Made by a program: the position numbers and the translations under genes. From an uncultured Verrucomicrobiae bacterium (GTDB taxonomy: Bacteria; Verrucomicrobiota; Verrucomicrobiia; Chthoniobacterales; JAATET01): DNA of 64,000 nt. The notes beneath the pieces were generated by a model. That model was not told where the DNA came from and searched no databases. It saw nothing but the letters and a program-made list of their open reading frames with translations. Where the stretch lies: positions 1,335,550-1,399,549 of the forward strand of contig CAVVKW010000004.1 of NCBI GenBank assembly GCA_963749035.1, given 5' to 3'. Shown piece after piece: positions 37,215-45,910 of this stretch (positions within the stretch are counted from its first letter, which is position 1; the number at the start of each line of letters is the position of its first letter).

Positions 37215-37738
37215 CAGAGCCGTTCGGTGGGTGGAATGTAACCCGCACCCTCGATCCAAAGGACCGTCCCCCGACCACTCGGAGCCTGGAACACGTAAGC
37301 CTCCGCCGCCGGATCCTGCGCCTCCGCGGCAATGACTCGGCTGATCAACTGATCGTTCCCCGGCCCGCCCGAATTTCCGAAAATCCAGATCCCCGAGAGC
37401 ACCGCCGCGATCGCGACAAGCGCCCCTCCGCCCCACGCCATTCGCCAGAGCGGAAACAAGCCACGGGACTCTTCCCTCCCCTTCGTCTCCTCCCCGGTCC
37501 GTCGCTCATCCTGGCGAATGGCCTCCAAAACCTGCGAATTCACGAAATCCTCGTGCGGCAGACTCGCCGTCGGCACCGCCTCGCGCAGCCGCGACCGGAG
37601 CGCCTGCCAGCCCGCCCGCTCGCGCTCGGCTTCCGCTGCGTTCGGCAATTCGCGCTCGAACGCCGCGCGCTCGGACTCCTCCATCGTGCCATCCACCCAG
37701 GCGGTGTGGCGTTCCTCGAAGCTCATCTCATAGCTCAT
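37214..37738 (-). CDS. Putative single-pass anti-sigma factor
   Basis: 174 aa. N-terminal cytoplasmic helix region, one TM GGGALVAIAAVLSGIWIF, periplasmic C-terminus. Overlaps the 3-prime end of the ECF sigma gene by 11 nt. No HxxxCxxC zinc motif. Confidence 0.6.
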   Translation of the reverse strand: MSYEMSFEERHTAWVDGTMEESERAAFERELPNAAEAERERAGWQALRSRLREAVPTASLPHEDFVNSQVLEAIRQDERRTGEETKGREESRGLFPLWRMAWGGGALVAIAAVLSGIWIFGNSGGPGNDQLISRVIAAEAQDPAAEAYVFQAPSGRGTVLWIEGAGYIPPTERL

Positions 37739-38315
37739 CGTAAAGGTCCTTCAGTTCACTTTGCATTTTCTTCCGGGCGTAAAACAACCGGGACATCACC
37801 GTCCCGATCGAACACCCGATGACTTCAGCGATCTCTTTGTAGGAAAGGTCCTCGACCTCCTTCAAAACGATCACTTCCCGGTGATCCGCGCTCAGCGTTG
37901 TCAGCGCCTGCTCGAATCTCTCTCGAATCTCCCCACGCTCGACCCCCAGTCCCGGCCGCTCCGGCTCGGCGGGCGTTGTCTTCGAAGCCGCGTCGATCGA
38001 CATCGGCCCGACGTCGAATTCCGCCTGCGGTCGCGCCTGCTTCTTTCTCAACAGATCAATCGACGCATTCCGCGCAATCCGACTCAACCAAGCGCCGAAC
38101 TGCGTATTCCCGTCGAGCTTGCCCAGCGACTTCCACGCACGAATGAACGTCTCCTGCGTGAGATCGAGGGCGTCCTCGGAGTTTCGGATGATGGAATACG
38201 TGACCATGTAAACGCGGTTTCGGTGGCGAGTGATCAATTCGTCGAACGCCGACAGATCCCCCTCCCGACTCCGGGCGATCAGGGATTCGTCTTCGACGGC
38301 GACTTCAGCACTCAT
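37728..38315 (-). CDS. ECF-type RNA polymerase sigma factor
   Basis: 195 aa. Region 2 DALDLTQETFIRAWK ... FGAWLSRIARN; region 4 LSYKEIAEVIGCSIGTVMSRLFYARKKM. Confidence 0.9.
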   Translation of the reverse strand: MSAEVAVEDESLIARSREGDLSAFDELITRHRNRVYMVTYSIIRNSEDALDLTQETFIRAWKSLGKLDGNTQFGAWLSRIARNASIDLLRKKQARPQAEFDVGPMSIDAASKTTPAEPERPGLGVERGEIRERFEQALTTLSADHREVIVLKEVEDLSYKEIAEVIGCSIGTVMSRLFYARKKMQSELKDLYDEL

Positions 38316-38357
38316 TGGTTACCAACGGCTCCGCGCCACGCGTTATTCAACACGGCC

Positions 38358-39062
38358 TTAGCGTTCCCCACGGAGACGGCTCAATTTCTGCCGGTAATCG
38401 CGCATGAGATCGACGATCTCCTCCCGCACCGGGAAGAGCAACTCCGTCAGCGAGCGCAGATCCTCGACGCTGAGCACACCAGCATCGTGCAACCGGCACG
38501 CGGCGTTCAACGCGTCCGTCGCCGCCTTCAGGCTCCGCTTGAGATACGCGATCGTCATTCCGATCTCCGATTGATCGTCCCCGCAGAGCGCCGCCGCCAA
38601 CTTCGCCGCGCAGATCGCGATCCGCGTCGCCATCTCTCCCGCGTCCGCGTTGTCCCGCAAATCCTCGCGTTCCTCGACCATCGCGAAGACGCGCCGGTTC
38701 AATTCCATGCTCTGGACGTAAACCGTCGAATTCTGCAACTCGGCAAATTCCGCGTCATCATCCTCTTCGTCCTCGTCAAAATCCAGAACTTCGCTCTCCG
38801 CCTCGTCGTCCTCTGCTTCGTCGTCGATCTCGAAGTCACCGACCGCGCTCCACGGCTCCTCGAGTTCGCCTTCCTCCTCGTCGTCCTCGCCACCTTGGTT
38901 CCAACCCATCTCGCGGGCAATGATCTCGTCGCGATCCGGGTCGTTCGCGTATTTTTCGAAGAGCGCAAAGTATTGCTCCGTCTTCTGATCCTGCTGCTGA
39001 AGGAAGCGCTCCCAGTCGTATTCGTCCCACAGCTCGGGAACTCCGAAATCGTCGCTCGCCAT
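38358..39062 (-). CDS. Highly acidic hypothetical protein
   Basis: 234 aa from ATG 39062. Central D/E tract EDDEEEGELEE ... DEAEDDEAESEVLDFDEDEEDDDAEF and a helical C-terminal half. Lies between rlmN and the ECF sigma gene. Confidence 0.55.
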   Translation of the reverse strand: MASDDFGVPELWDEYDWERFLQQQDQKTEQYFALFEKYANDPDRDEIIAREMGWNQGGEDDEEEGELEEPWSAVGDFEIDDEAEDDEAESEVLDFDEDEEDDDAEFAELQNSTVYVQSMELNRRVFAMVEEREDLRDNADAGEMATRIAICAAKLAAALCGDDQSEIGMTIAYLKRSLKAATDALNAACRLHDAGVLSVEDLRSLTELLFPVREEIVDLMRDYRQKLSRLRGER

Positions 39063-39075
39063 TTGTAGAAATTTT

Positions 39076-40164
39076 TTAGAGCACGACCGTTGCGTCTGCA
39101 ACGGGTTTTTCCACCCGCTCCGTCTGCAATCGCAACTGCCCGCACGCCGCCGAGATGTCGTGACCCTTCTCCCGCCGCAACGTCGCCGCTACCTTGCCAG
39201 CGTGCAAAATGTCGACGAAGGCCTCCATCACCTCCTCCGCGGGCCTCACCCACTCGAGCCCATCCACCGTGTTGTAGGGGATCAGATTCACCTTCGCGTT
39301 CAACTTCCGAACCAGCCGTGACAACGCGATCGCCTGATCCGTCGAGTCGTTCACGCCCTCGATCAGGATGTATTCGAACGTGATTTTCTGCTTCTTCCGC
39401 TCGCAAAAATACGCGCACGCCGCCAGCAACTCCTCCAGCGGATGCTTCCGGTTCACCGGCATGATGCGATCCCGCACCTCGTCCGTCGCCCCGTGTAGCG
39501 ACACCGCCAACCGCACCTGCAACGGCTGATCGGCCAGGTCTCGAATCCTCGGAGCCAATCCACTCGTCGACACCGTCACGTGCCGCGCCCCGACGTTCGG
39601 CCCCCACGGAGCGTTGATGATCGTGACCGCTTTCATCAACTGCTCGAAGTTTGCAAACGGCTCCCCCATTCCCATGAACACGATGTTGTCCACCCGCTCA
39701 CCCGCAATCTCCTCCGCCTGCAGCAACTGATCGACGATCTCGCCCGCGTCCAAATTCCGCTTCCACCCGTCCAGCCCACTCGCGCAAAACCGGCACCCGT
39801 ACGCACACCCCACCTGCGACGACACGCACAGCGTCCGCCGCCCGGCCACGTCTCCATCCGCCCCCCGCGACGCCGGGATGAGAACCGTCTCGATCAACTG
39901 CCCGTCGTTCAGCCGAAACAAAAATTTCCGCGTCGTGTCGACCGACCCGATCGTTCGCACCAACTCCAGCGGTCGGTCCGTGTATTCCTCCGTCAACCGA
40001 TCCCGCAAGGCCGCCGGCAAATTCGTCATTCCGCGAAAATCCCGCACGCGCTTCTCGTAAAGCCACTGGATCACCTGCTTCGCCCGGTAGCCCGGCTCGC
40101 CCGCCGCCACGAATCGCTCCGTCAGCTCATCGAGCGTCAACGATTTGATCGAATTCATCACCAT
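39076..40164 (-). CDS. rlmN: 23S rRNA/tRNA adenine-C2 methyltransferase RlmN (radical SAM)
   Basis: 362 aa. CAYGCRFC cluster, GMGEP motif, and a C-terminal catalytic Cys context. Confidence 0.95.
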   Translation of the reverse strand: MVMNSIKSLTLDELTERFVAAGEPGYRAKQVIQWLYEKRVRDFRGMTNLPAALRDRLTEEYTDRPLELVRTIGSVDTTRKFLFRLNDGQLIETVLIPASRGADGDVAGRRTLCVSSQVGCAYGCRFCASGLDGWKRNLDAGEIVDQLLQAEEIAGERVDNIVFMGMGEPFANFEQLMKAVTIINAPWGPNVGARHVTVSTSGLAPRIRDLADQPLQVRLAVSLHGATDEVRDRIMPVNRKHPLEELLAACAYFCERKKQKITFEYILIEGVNDSTDQAIALSRLVRKLNAKVNLIPYNTVDGLEWVRPAEEVMEAFVDILHAGKVAATLRREKGHDISAACGQLRLQTERVEKPVADATVVL

Positions 40165-40206
40165 TCACCGGCCCCGTCGCAACGCATCCGCGTATTCTTC
40201 ACCAAC

Positions 40207-41562
40207 CTACTCCCGCACCTTCGCCCGCAGGTTTCCGTATCGCCGGATCAGATTCCGGTAAAAATAACCCGACGGCTCCAGCGTCCGCTCCTTCGTGTCC
40301 GGATCCATGATCGAAAGACCGAAGTTCGCGTCATACCCCTCGTGCCACTCGTAATTGTCCACCAGCGTCCAGGCAAAGTATCCCCGCATGTCCGCACCGT
40401 CCGCCATCGCCCGTCGCATCTGGTTGATGTGGTCGCGGAAGTATTTGATCTTCTTCTGCTCGTTCAACGTCCCGATCCCGTTTTCCATGATCATCATCGG
40501 TTTTTTGTAACGACCCCAGACGTCCATGATCAGCTCATAAAACGACTCGGGATCGATGACCCATCCCATCTGCGTGTAGCTCTCGCTCTGCTCACCACGC
40601 CCCGCGTAGAAGAAATCCGCAAACGTCGCGTTCTGACTGTAGTAAAAGTTAAACCCGACGATGTCGCACACGTCGTAAATGCCGTCCAAGTGGTCGTAAC
40701 AAACCCGCCGCATCGCGTTGTAAACCATCGCCGTCGGATCGAAAATCCGGTCCCGCTTCCACCACGGCAACGCCTGCACGCTCATGATCAACGCATCCGG
40801 TCGAATCTCGCGGATGATCCCCACCGCCTCGCGAAACTGCGCCACCGCCGCGTTCAAAGCCTTCCGGTAATTCCGCGTCTGCAACAATCCGGTCGGCGGC
40901 CAATGGTCCGCCAGATACGAGAGCGGCAGCATCCCATTCGGCTCGTTCTGCGGCGCGTAGATCCGCACCGTCGGTGCCAGCGCCGTCGTCATCTTCGTCA
41001 CGTAATCCCGCCAATGCTCATCCGCCAGCGGGTGCAGCCAATGGGACTTCCCCGGATTGTCCATGTCCGTCAGCCAATCCGGAAACGTGAAATGCCATAA
41101 CGTGACGATCGGCTCGATCCCCGCCGCCCGCACCCGCTTCGCCATGCGAACGTAGCGCGCGATTGCCTCCTCGTTGTAAACCCCCGGAGCCGGTTCCACC
41201 CGAGCCCATTCCACGCCGAAGCGATAATGGTTCACCCCGATCGCCTGCAAGAGCCGCACGTCGCGATCAAACTCCGTCCACGAGAACGTCGCCTGCCCCC
41301 GCTCCGGCGCTCGACCCCGCTCGATGTAGAGATCCCAGTCCGTCTGAAAATACCCACTCTGCCCCGGCTTCGCCACCCGGTCCTCCGTCTGATAGCCACT
41401 CGTCGAAACGCCCCACCAGAACGGCCCCGTCTCCACCTTCCTCGACTCCGCCGCCTCCGTCGCACTCACCATCGGCGTCGGCGGTGCCGACACGCACCCT
41501 CCCAGCAGACCCACGAGCAGCAGAGCGTAAACGGACGGGAGAAAAGAAAGCTTAATTGGCAT
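40207..41562 (-). CDS. GH1 beta-glucosidase with lipoprotein signal peptide
   Basis: 451 aa from ATG 41562. Lipobox LLGGC. GH1 motifs FWWGVSTSGYQTED, acid/base QNEPN, nucleophile MENGIG. Confidence 0.85.
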   Translation of the reverse strand: MPIKLSFLPSVYALLLVGLLGGCVSAPPTPMVSATEAAESRKVETGPFWWGVSTSGYQTEDRVAKPGQSGYFQTDWDLYIERGRAPERGQATFSWTEFDRDVRLLQAIGVNHYRFGVEWARVEPAPGVYNEEAIARYVRMAKRVRAAGIEPIVTLWHFTFPDWLTDMDNPGKSHWLHPLADEHWRDYVTKMTTALAPTVRIYAPQNEPNGMLPLSYLADHWPPTGLLQTRNYRKALNAAVAQFREAVGIIREIRPDALIMSVQALPWWKRDRIFDPTAMVYNAMRRVCYDHLDGIYDVCDIVGFNFYYSQNATFADFFYAGRGEQSESYTQMGWVIDPESFYELIMDVWGRYKKPMMIMENGIGTLNEQKKIKYFRDHINQMRRAMADGADMRGYFAWTLVDNYEWHEGYDANFGLSIMDPDTKERTLEPSGYFYRNLIRRYGNLRAKVRE

Positions 41563-41587
41563 CAGATTTTCGCGTAGGGAAGGCCTC

Positions 41588-42448
41588 GTGATTTCCCGCC
41601 AACGCATAAACGGCCTCACCGCCCAGCGCAAACCTCTGGTCCATTTTCTCGCCTCTCTCGCGGTTATCGTTTTCCTACCGACCGCGGGCGCCGTTGACGA
41701 AGTCCTTCTCAAAAGTGGCCAACGCGTCTCCGGCACCATCGTCGCCCAATCCAAAGACCAGGTCGTCATGCAGGTCGGAGAAGGCAGCATCGTTTACCCC
41801 AAGCGCGCCATCCGTCGCATCTACGATGGCATCACCCGGGACTCACCCGTCGTCGAGATTCCCGCCGGTGACGAGCTTCCACCCTGGTGGATTCCCCTCA
41901 CCGACCTCTACTCCGCCGACTGGGTGAACTCCGTCGAAAGCATCCCGGCCACCCCCATCACCTCCGGCCCCTTCGAAAACGTCCCCTACCTCTCGTTCCG
42001 CGCCAACGCGAACTACGAGCTGAACGTCTTCGGCGATCCGGCCGACCCCGCCGGATTCGGAATCGGCTACAACTCCCGCTCGAAGCCCCGCCGCGACGTC
42101 ATCGAAAACTGCCGCAACTTCCTCTTCTCCTACCTCACCGAACTCGATCAGATCAACGCCTTCTACGACCTCGACCCCAGCGGCGGCACCCGCTCCGCCA
42201 AAGGTCTCACCATCGAGATCACACCCCCGGGCTCCGAGAGCCCCTTCGCCGACTGGGGAATTCTTATCTACGATCCCGATCGACTGGCCGCCGCCCGCAG
42301 CAGCACCCGCTCCGAATTTACAAAAACCTCCTCCCGCTACCTCGACGTCGTTCGCAACTCCACCGACAACGTCTTGAAATGGCAAAAATGGGAACTCACC
42401 GACGCCCTCGAGCGCCTCATCCCCATGGAGAACGTCAACGTCCGTTGA
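41588..42448 (+). CDS. Secreted hypothetical protein
   Basis: 286 aa, GTG start, hydrophobic signal-anchor LVHFLASLAVIVFLPTAGA. N-terminal module LLKSGQRVSGTI resembles that of the 8485 ORF. Confidence 0.55.
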   Translation: MISRQRINGLTAQRKPLVHFLASLAVIVFLPTAGAVDEVLLKSGQRVSGTIVAQSKDQVVMQVGEGSIVYPKRAIRRIYDGITRDSPVVEIPAGDELPPWWIPLTDLYSADWVNSVESIPATPITSGPFENVPYLSFRANANYELNVFGDPADPAGFGIGYNSRSKPRRDVIENCRNFLFSYLTELDQINAFYDLDPSGGTRSAKGLTIEITPPGSESPFADWGILIYDPDRLAAARSSTRSEFTKTSSRYLDVVRNSTDNVLKWQKWELTDALERLIPMENVNVR

Positions 42449-42453
42449 TCACC

Positions 42454-42488
42454 AATCCGAAATCCAAAATCCGAAATCCAAAATTCCC
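42454..42488. repeat. Heptamer tandem repeat AATCCRA x5 filling the spacer before trpA
   Basis: AATCCGA AATCCAA AATCCGA AATCCAA AATTCCC, directly followed by the trpA GTG at 42489. Confidence 0.85.
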
Positions 42489-43301
42489 GTGAGTCGTATT
42501 GAAGCCACCTTCGACCGCCTTCGCGCCGCCGATCAGACCGGCTTCGTCGCCTACGTCACCGGCGGCGACCCGTCGCGCGAAGCCACCGTCGAGATCGCCT
42601 GCGCTCTCGCCGACTGCGGAGTCGACGTCCTCGAGCTCGGCGTCCCCTTTTCCGACCCCCTCGCCGACGGTGCCACCATCCAAGCCGCCGCCGGCCGCGC
42701 CCTCGCCGCCGGCATCACCGTATCCAACCTACTCGAGTCTCTCCGCGTCATCCGCGACCGCTGCCCCGATCTCGCCATCGTCCTCTTCACTTACCTGAAC
42801 CCCGTTTACACCTACGGCTTCGAGCGCTTCCACGCCGACGCCGCAGCCGCCGGGGCCGACGGCCTTCTCATCCTCGACCTTCCGCCCGACGAAGCCGAGC
42901 GAAACGCCGAACTCGCCGGCACCCACGGCATCCAGACCATCCGACTCATCGCCCCAACCACCCCACCGCACCGAATGACCCGCATCGCCACCTCCGCGGC
43001 AGGCTTCATCTACTACGTCTCCCGCGAAGGCGTCACCGGCGAACAAACCGAACTCTCCGCCACGATCGAGTCCCAAGTCGCCGAACTCCGCCGTCACACC
43101 AAGCTCCCGATCGCCGTCGGTTTCGGTATCTCCACCCCCGAACAAGCCGCCGACGTCGCCCGTCACGCCGACGCCGTCGTCGTCGGCAGTGCCATCGTCC
43201 GCCGCATCGCCGAGCACGCCAAGGCCCCCGACCTTCCGCAGAAAATCGCCGACTTCGTCCGTCCCTTGGTGGACGCTACCAAATCCAAAAACCCGTGCTA
43301 G
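42489..43301 (+). CDS. trpA: Tryptophan synthase alpha chain
   Basis: 270 aa. YVTGGDPS, ELGVPFSDPLADG and GFGIS motifs. No trpB is adjacent. Confidence 0.95.
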   Translation: MSRIEATFDRLRAADQTGFVAYVTGGDPSREATVEIACALADCGVDVLELGVPFSDPLADGATIQAAAGRALAAGITVSNLLESLRVIRDRCPDLAIVLFTYLNPVYTYGFERFHADAAAAGADGLLILDLPPDEAERNAELAGTHGIQTIRLIAPTTPPHRMTRIATSAAGFIYYVSREGVTGEQTELSATIESQVAELRRHTKLPIAVGFGISTPEQAADVARHADAVVVGSAIVRRIAEHAKAPDLPQKIADFVRPLVDATKSKNPC

Positions 43302-43311
43302 ATTCCCAGCC

Positions 43312-43557
43312 ATGCTAGCCCGCCTCTTCGCCGCCGCCCTCGCCCTCAGCCTCACCGCCTGCATCTCCATCGACATGCTCGCCCGCGCCGAAGGCCGGAT
43401 CCCCCCATCCGAAGCCAACAATCCCCGCGCCGTCGCCTACCCGCCCCAGCCCGCCTACTACGCCCTCGTCCCGCTGACGCTCCCCCTCGACCTGATCACC
43501 TTCCCCGCCCAATACATCTACTTCAACACCGGCGACCGAAGAGCCCCCCAGTATTGA
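43312..43557 (+). CDS. Small hypothetical lipoprotein
   Basis: 81 aa from ATG 43312. Lipobox LSLTAC. Lies 10 nt after the trpA stop. Confidence 0.5.
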   Translation: MLARLFAAALALSLTACISIDMLARAEGRIPPSEANNPRAVAYPPQPAYYALVPLTLPLDLITFPAQYIYFNTGDRRAPQY

Positions 43558-43616
43558 GGAATAGACCCAGGCAATTGACTCGTTCGCTCCGGTAGCCGCC
43601 TGACTCCAGGGCTCCG

Positions 43617-43643
43617 TTAATCCTGACAATCCTGTTAATCCTG
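43617..43643. repeat. Nonamer tandem repeat WWAATCCTG x3 abutting the recD2 stop
   Basis: TTAATCCTG ACAATCCTG TTAATCCTG, then T and the stop codon complement CTA at 43645-43647. The gene-sense strand reads CAGGATT x3. Confidence 0.85.
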
Positions 43644-43644
43644 T

Positions 43645-45813
43645 CTAGTTAGAGACCCCCGCCAGCCGAACCCCCAGCCCCCCACACCGCTCGCGCACGC
43701 GGTTATTTCGCACCGCCGCCGCCAGTGCCTTCCGCTGGCCGACCACGATCACCAGCGACTTCCCCCGCGTGATCGCCGTGTAGATCAGATTCCGCTGCAG
43801 CAGCACAAACTGCTCCATCGCCACCGGCACGATCACGCACGGAAACTCCGAGCCCTGGCTCTTGTGCACCGTGATCGCCCACGCCGGATCCAGTTCGTCC
43901 AGTTCGCCAAAATCATAGACGATCCGTCGCCCCTCGAACTCCACCACCGCCTCCCGCTCGCCCCCGTCCACCGCCCGCACCACCCCGATGTCCCCGTTGA
44001 ACACCTCCTTGTCGTAGTTGTTCCGCGTCTGGATCACTTTGTCGCCCTCGCGGAAAACAACTCCAAACCGCTCCACCTCCCCCGCACCCTCCCGCTTCGG
44101 GTTCAACTCCCCCTGCAGCCGAGTATTCACGTTCCGCACCCCGAGTTTCCCCTTGTTCATCGGCGCGAGCACCTGAACGTCCCGCACCGGATCAAACCCA
44201 AACTTCCCCGGCACCCGCCGCGCCGCCACCTCGACCAGCGTCTCCAAAGCCGCGTCCGTATCCTCCCGCTCGATGAAGAAAAAATCCCCACCCTCCCGGT
44301 GCGTCAGATCGGGAAGCGCACCGGCGTTGATCGAATGGGCCGCCGTCACGATCCCACTCGCCTCCGCCTGACGAAACACCACGTCCAGCCGCGCCGCCGG
44401 GACGGCCCCACTCCCGATTACGTCCCGCAGAACCAGTCCCGGCCCCACACTCGGCAACTGATCCGCGTCCCCCACCAGCAGCACGTTCCCCCGCCCCGGC
44501 ACCGCCCGCAAAAACCGCGCCATCAACGGCACGTCGACCATCGACACCTCGTCCATCACGAACAAATCTCCCGGGAGCGGGTTCCCCTCGTGCCGCTTGA
44601 ACCCCCCGCCCCGCTCCGGCTCCAGCAGCCGATGAATCGTCATCGCCTCCATTCCCGTCGACTCCGCCAGCCGCTTCGCCGCCCGCCCCGTCGGCGCACA
44701 CAGCACGCACCGCACCCCCTTCGCCCGCAAAATCTTCAGCACCGAATTCACCAGCGTAGTCTTCCCCACCCCCGGTCCACCCGTCACCACCGCCACCGCC
44801 CGCGTCACCGCCACCCGCAGCGCCGCCGCCTGCGAATCCGACAACGTCTTCCCCGTCCGTTCCTGCACCCAACCCAGCGCCCGCTCCACGTCCATTTCCG
44901 GATACCCCGTCACCTCGCGCCCCGCCAGCACCCGCAACCGCTCCGCCACCATCCGCTCCGCCGCGCGCATCGGCGGCAGATAGATCAACTCCCGCCCGCC
45001 CAACGTCTCCGCCACCAGCTCCTCCCGCTCCACCGCCCCCGCCAGCACCCGTTCTGCCAATTCCTCCCCCACCTCCAGCAGCTCCACCGCCGCCCGCACC
45101 AGATCCCGCCGCACCATCGCGCAATGACCCTCCCCGCCCGCCTCGTCCAGGCAGTGCGCCAACCCCGCCCGCACCCGCAGCACCGAGTCGCCCGCCAGCC
45201 CCAGCTTCCCCGCGATCCCGTCCGCGCTCTTGAACCCAATCCCCCGAATGTCCCGCGCCAGGCAGTAGGGATCGGTTCGAATCCGCTCGATCGCCTCCTC
45301 CCCGTAGCTCTTGTAAACCCGCACCGCCCGACTCGTGCTCACCCCGTTCGCGTGCAGGAACACCATGATCTCCCGCACCACCCGCTGCTCCGCCCACGCC
45401 GCCTTGATCGACCGCCGCCGCTCCGTCCCGATTCCCCCGACCTCGCTCAGTCGCCCGGACTCGTTCTCGATCACCGAAAACACCTCCTCGCCAAAAGCCG
45501 CCACCAGCTTCTTCGCGTAAACCGGCCCAATCCCCTTGATCATCCCGCTCGCCAGATACTTCTCGATCCCCTCCCGGCTGTCCGGCGGCTGCGTCTCCAC
45601 CCTCTCCGCCTTCAATTGCATCCCGTGCTCCCGATCGCGCACCCACCGACCCTCCGCCGTGATCCATTCCCCCGGCGACACCACCGCGACGTTCCCGATC
45701 ACCGTCACCAATTCCCGCCGCCCGCGCACGTCGACGCGCAACACCGCAAACCCCGTCTCCTCGTTGTGAAACGTCACCCGCTCCACCACACCCCGCACAC
45801 CATCGTCCGTCAT
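43645..45813 (-). CDS. recD2: RecD2-type SF1 ATP-dependent DNA helicase
   Basis: 722 aa from ATG 45813. Walker A GGPGVGKTT, DEVSMVD, LLVGDADQLPSVGPG; C-terminal SH3-like region and YTAITRGK. Confidence 0.9.
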   Translation of the reverse strand: MTDDGVRGVVERVTFHNEETGFAVLRVDVRGRRELVTVIGNVAVVSPGEWITAEGRWVRDREHGMQLKAERVETQPPDSREGIEKYLASGMIKGIGPVYAKKLVAAFGEEVFSVIENESGRLSEVGGIGTERRRSIKAAWAEQRVVREIMVFLHANGVSTSRAVRVYKSYGEEAIERIRTDPYCLARDIRGIGFKSADGIAGKLGLAGDSVLRVRAGLAHCLDEAGGEGHCAMVRRDLVRAAVELLEVGEELAERVLAGAVEREELVAETLGGRELIYLPPMRAAERMVAERLRVLAGREVTGYPEMDVERALGWVQERTGKTLSDSQAAALRVAVTRAVAVVTGGPGVGKTTLVNSVLKILRAKGVRCVLCAPTGRAAKRLAESTGMEAMTIHRLLEPERGGGFKRHEGNPLPGDLFVMDEVSMVDVPLMARFLRAVPGRGNVLLVGDADQLPSVGPGLVLRDVIGSGAVPAARLDVVFRQAEASGIVTAAHSINAGALPDLTHREGGDFFFIEREDTDAALETLVEVAARRVPGKFGFDPVRDVQVLAPMNKGKLGVRNVNTRLQGELNPKREGAGEVERFGVVFREGDKVIQTRNNYDKEVFNGDIGVVRAVDGGEREAVVEFEGRRIVYDFGELDELDPAWAITVHKSQGSEFPCVIVPVAMEQFVLLQRNLIYTAITRGKSLVIVVGQRKALAAAVRNNRVRERCGGLGVRLAGVSN

Positions 45814-45910
45814 AAAACCCAACCGCCCGGGGACCGCGACCTTCCAGATCGCCACGCGCGCCTTCCAGCCGCGCGCCCCAACCCAACGGCAAAGCCGCAC
45901 TTCCCCCGCC

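Noticed and set aside
38316-38357. ECF-type promoter look-alike GAAT-N17-CGTT just upstream of the sigma gene
   Set aside because: The putative -10 would lie only about 10 nt from the ATG, and the motif is weak. It cannot be distinguished from chance without a genome-wide ECF motif or transcription start data.
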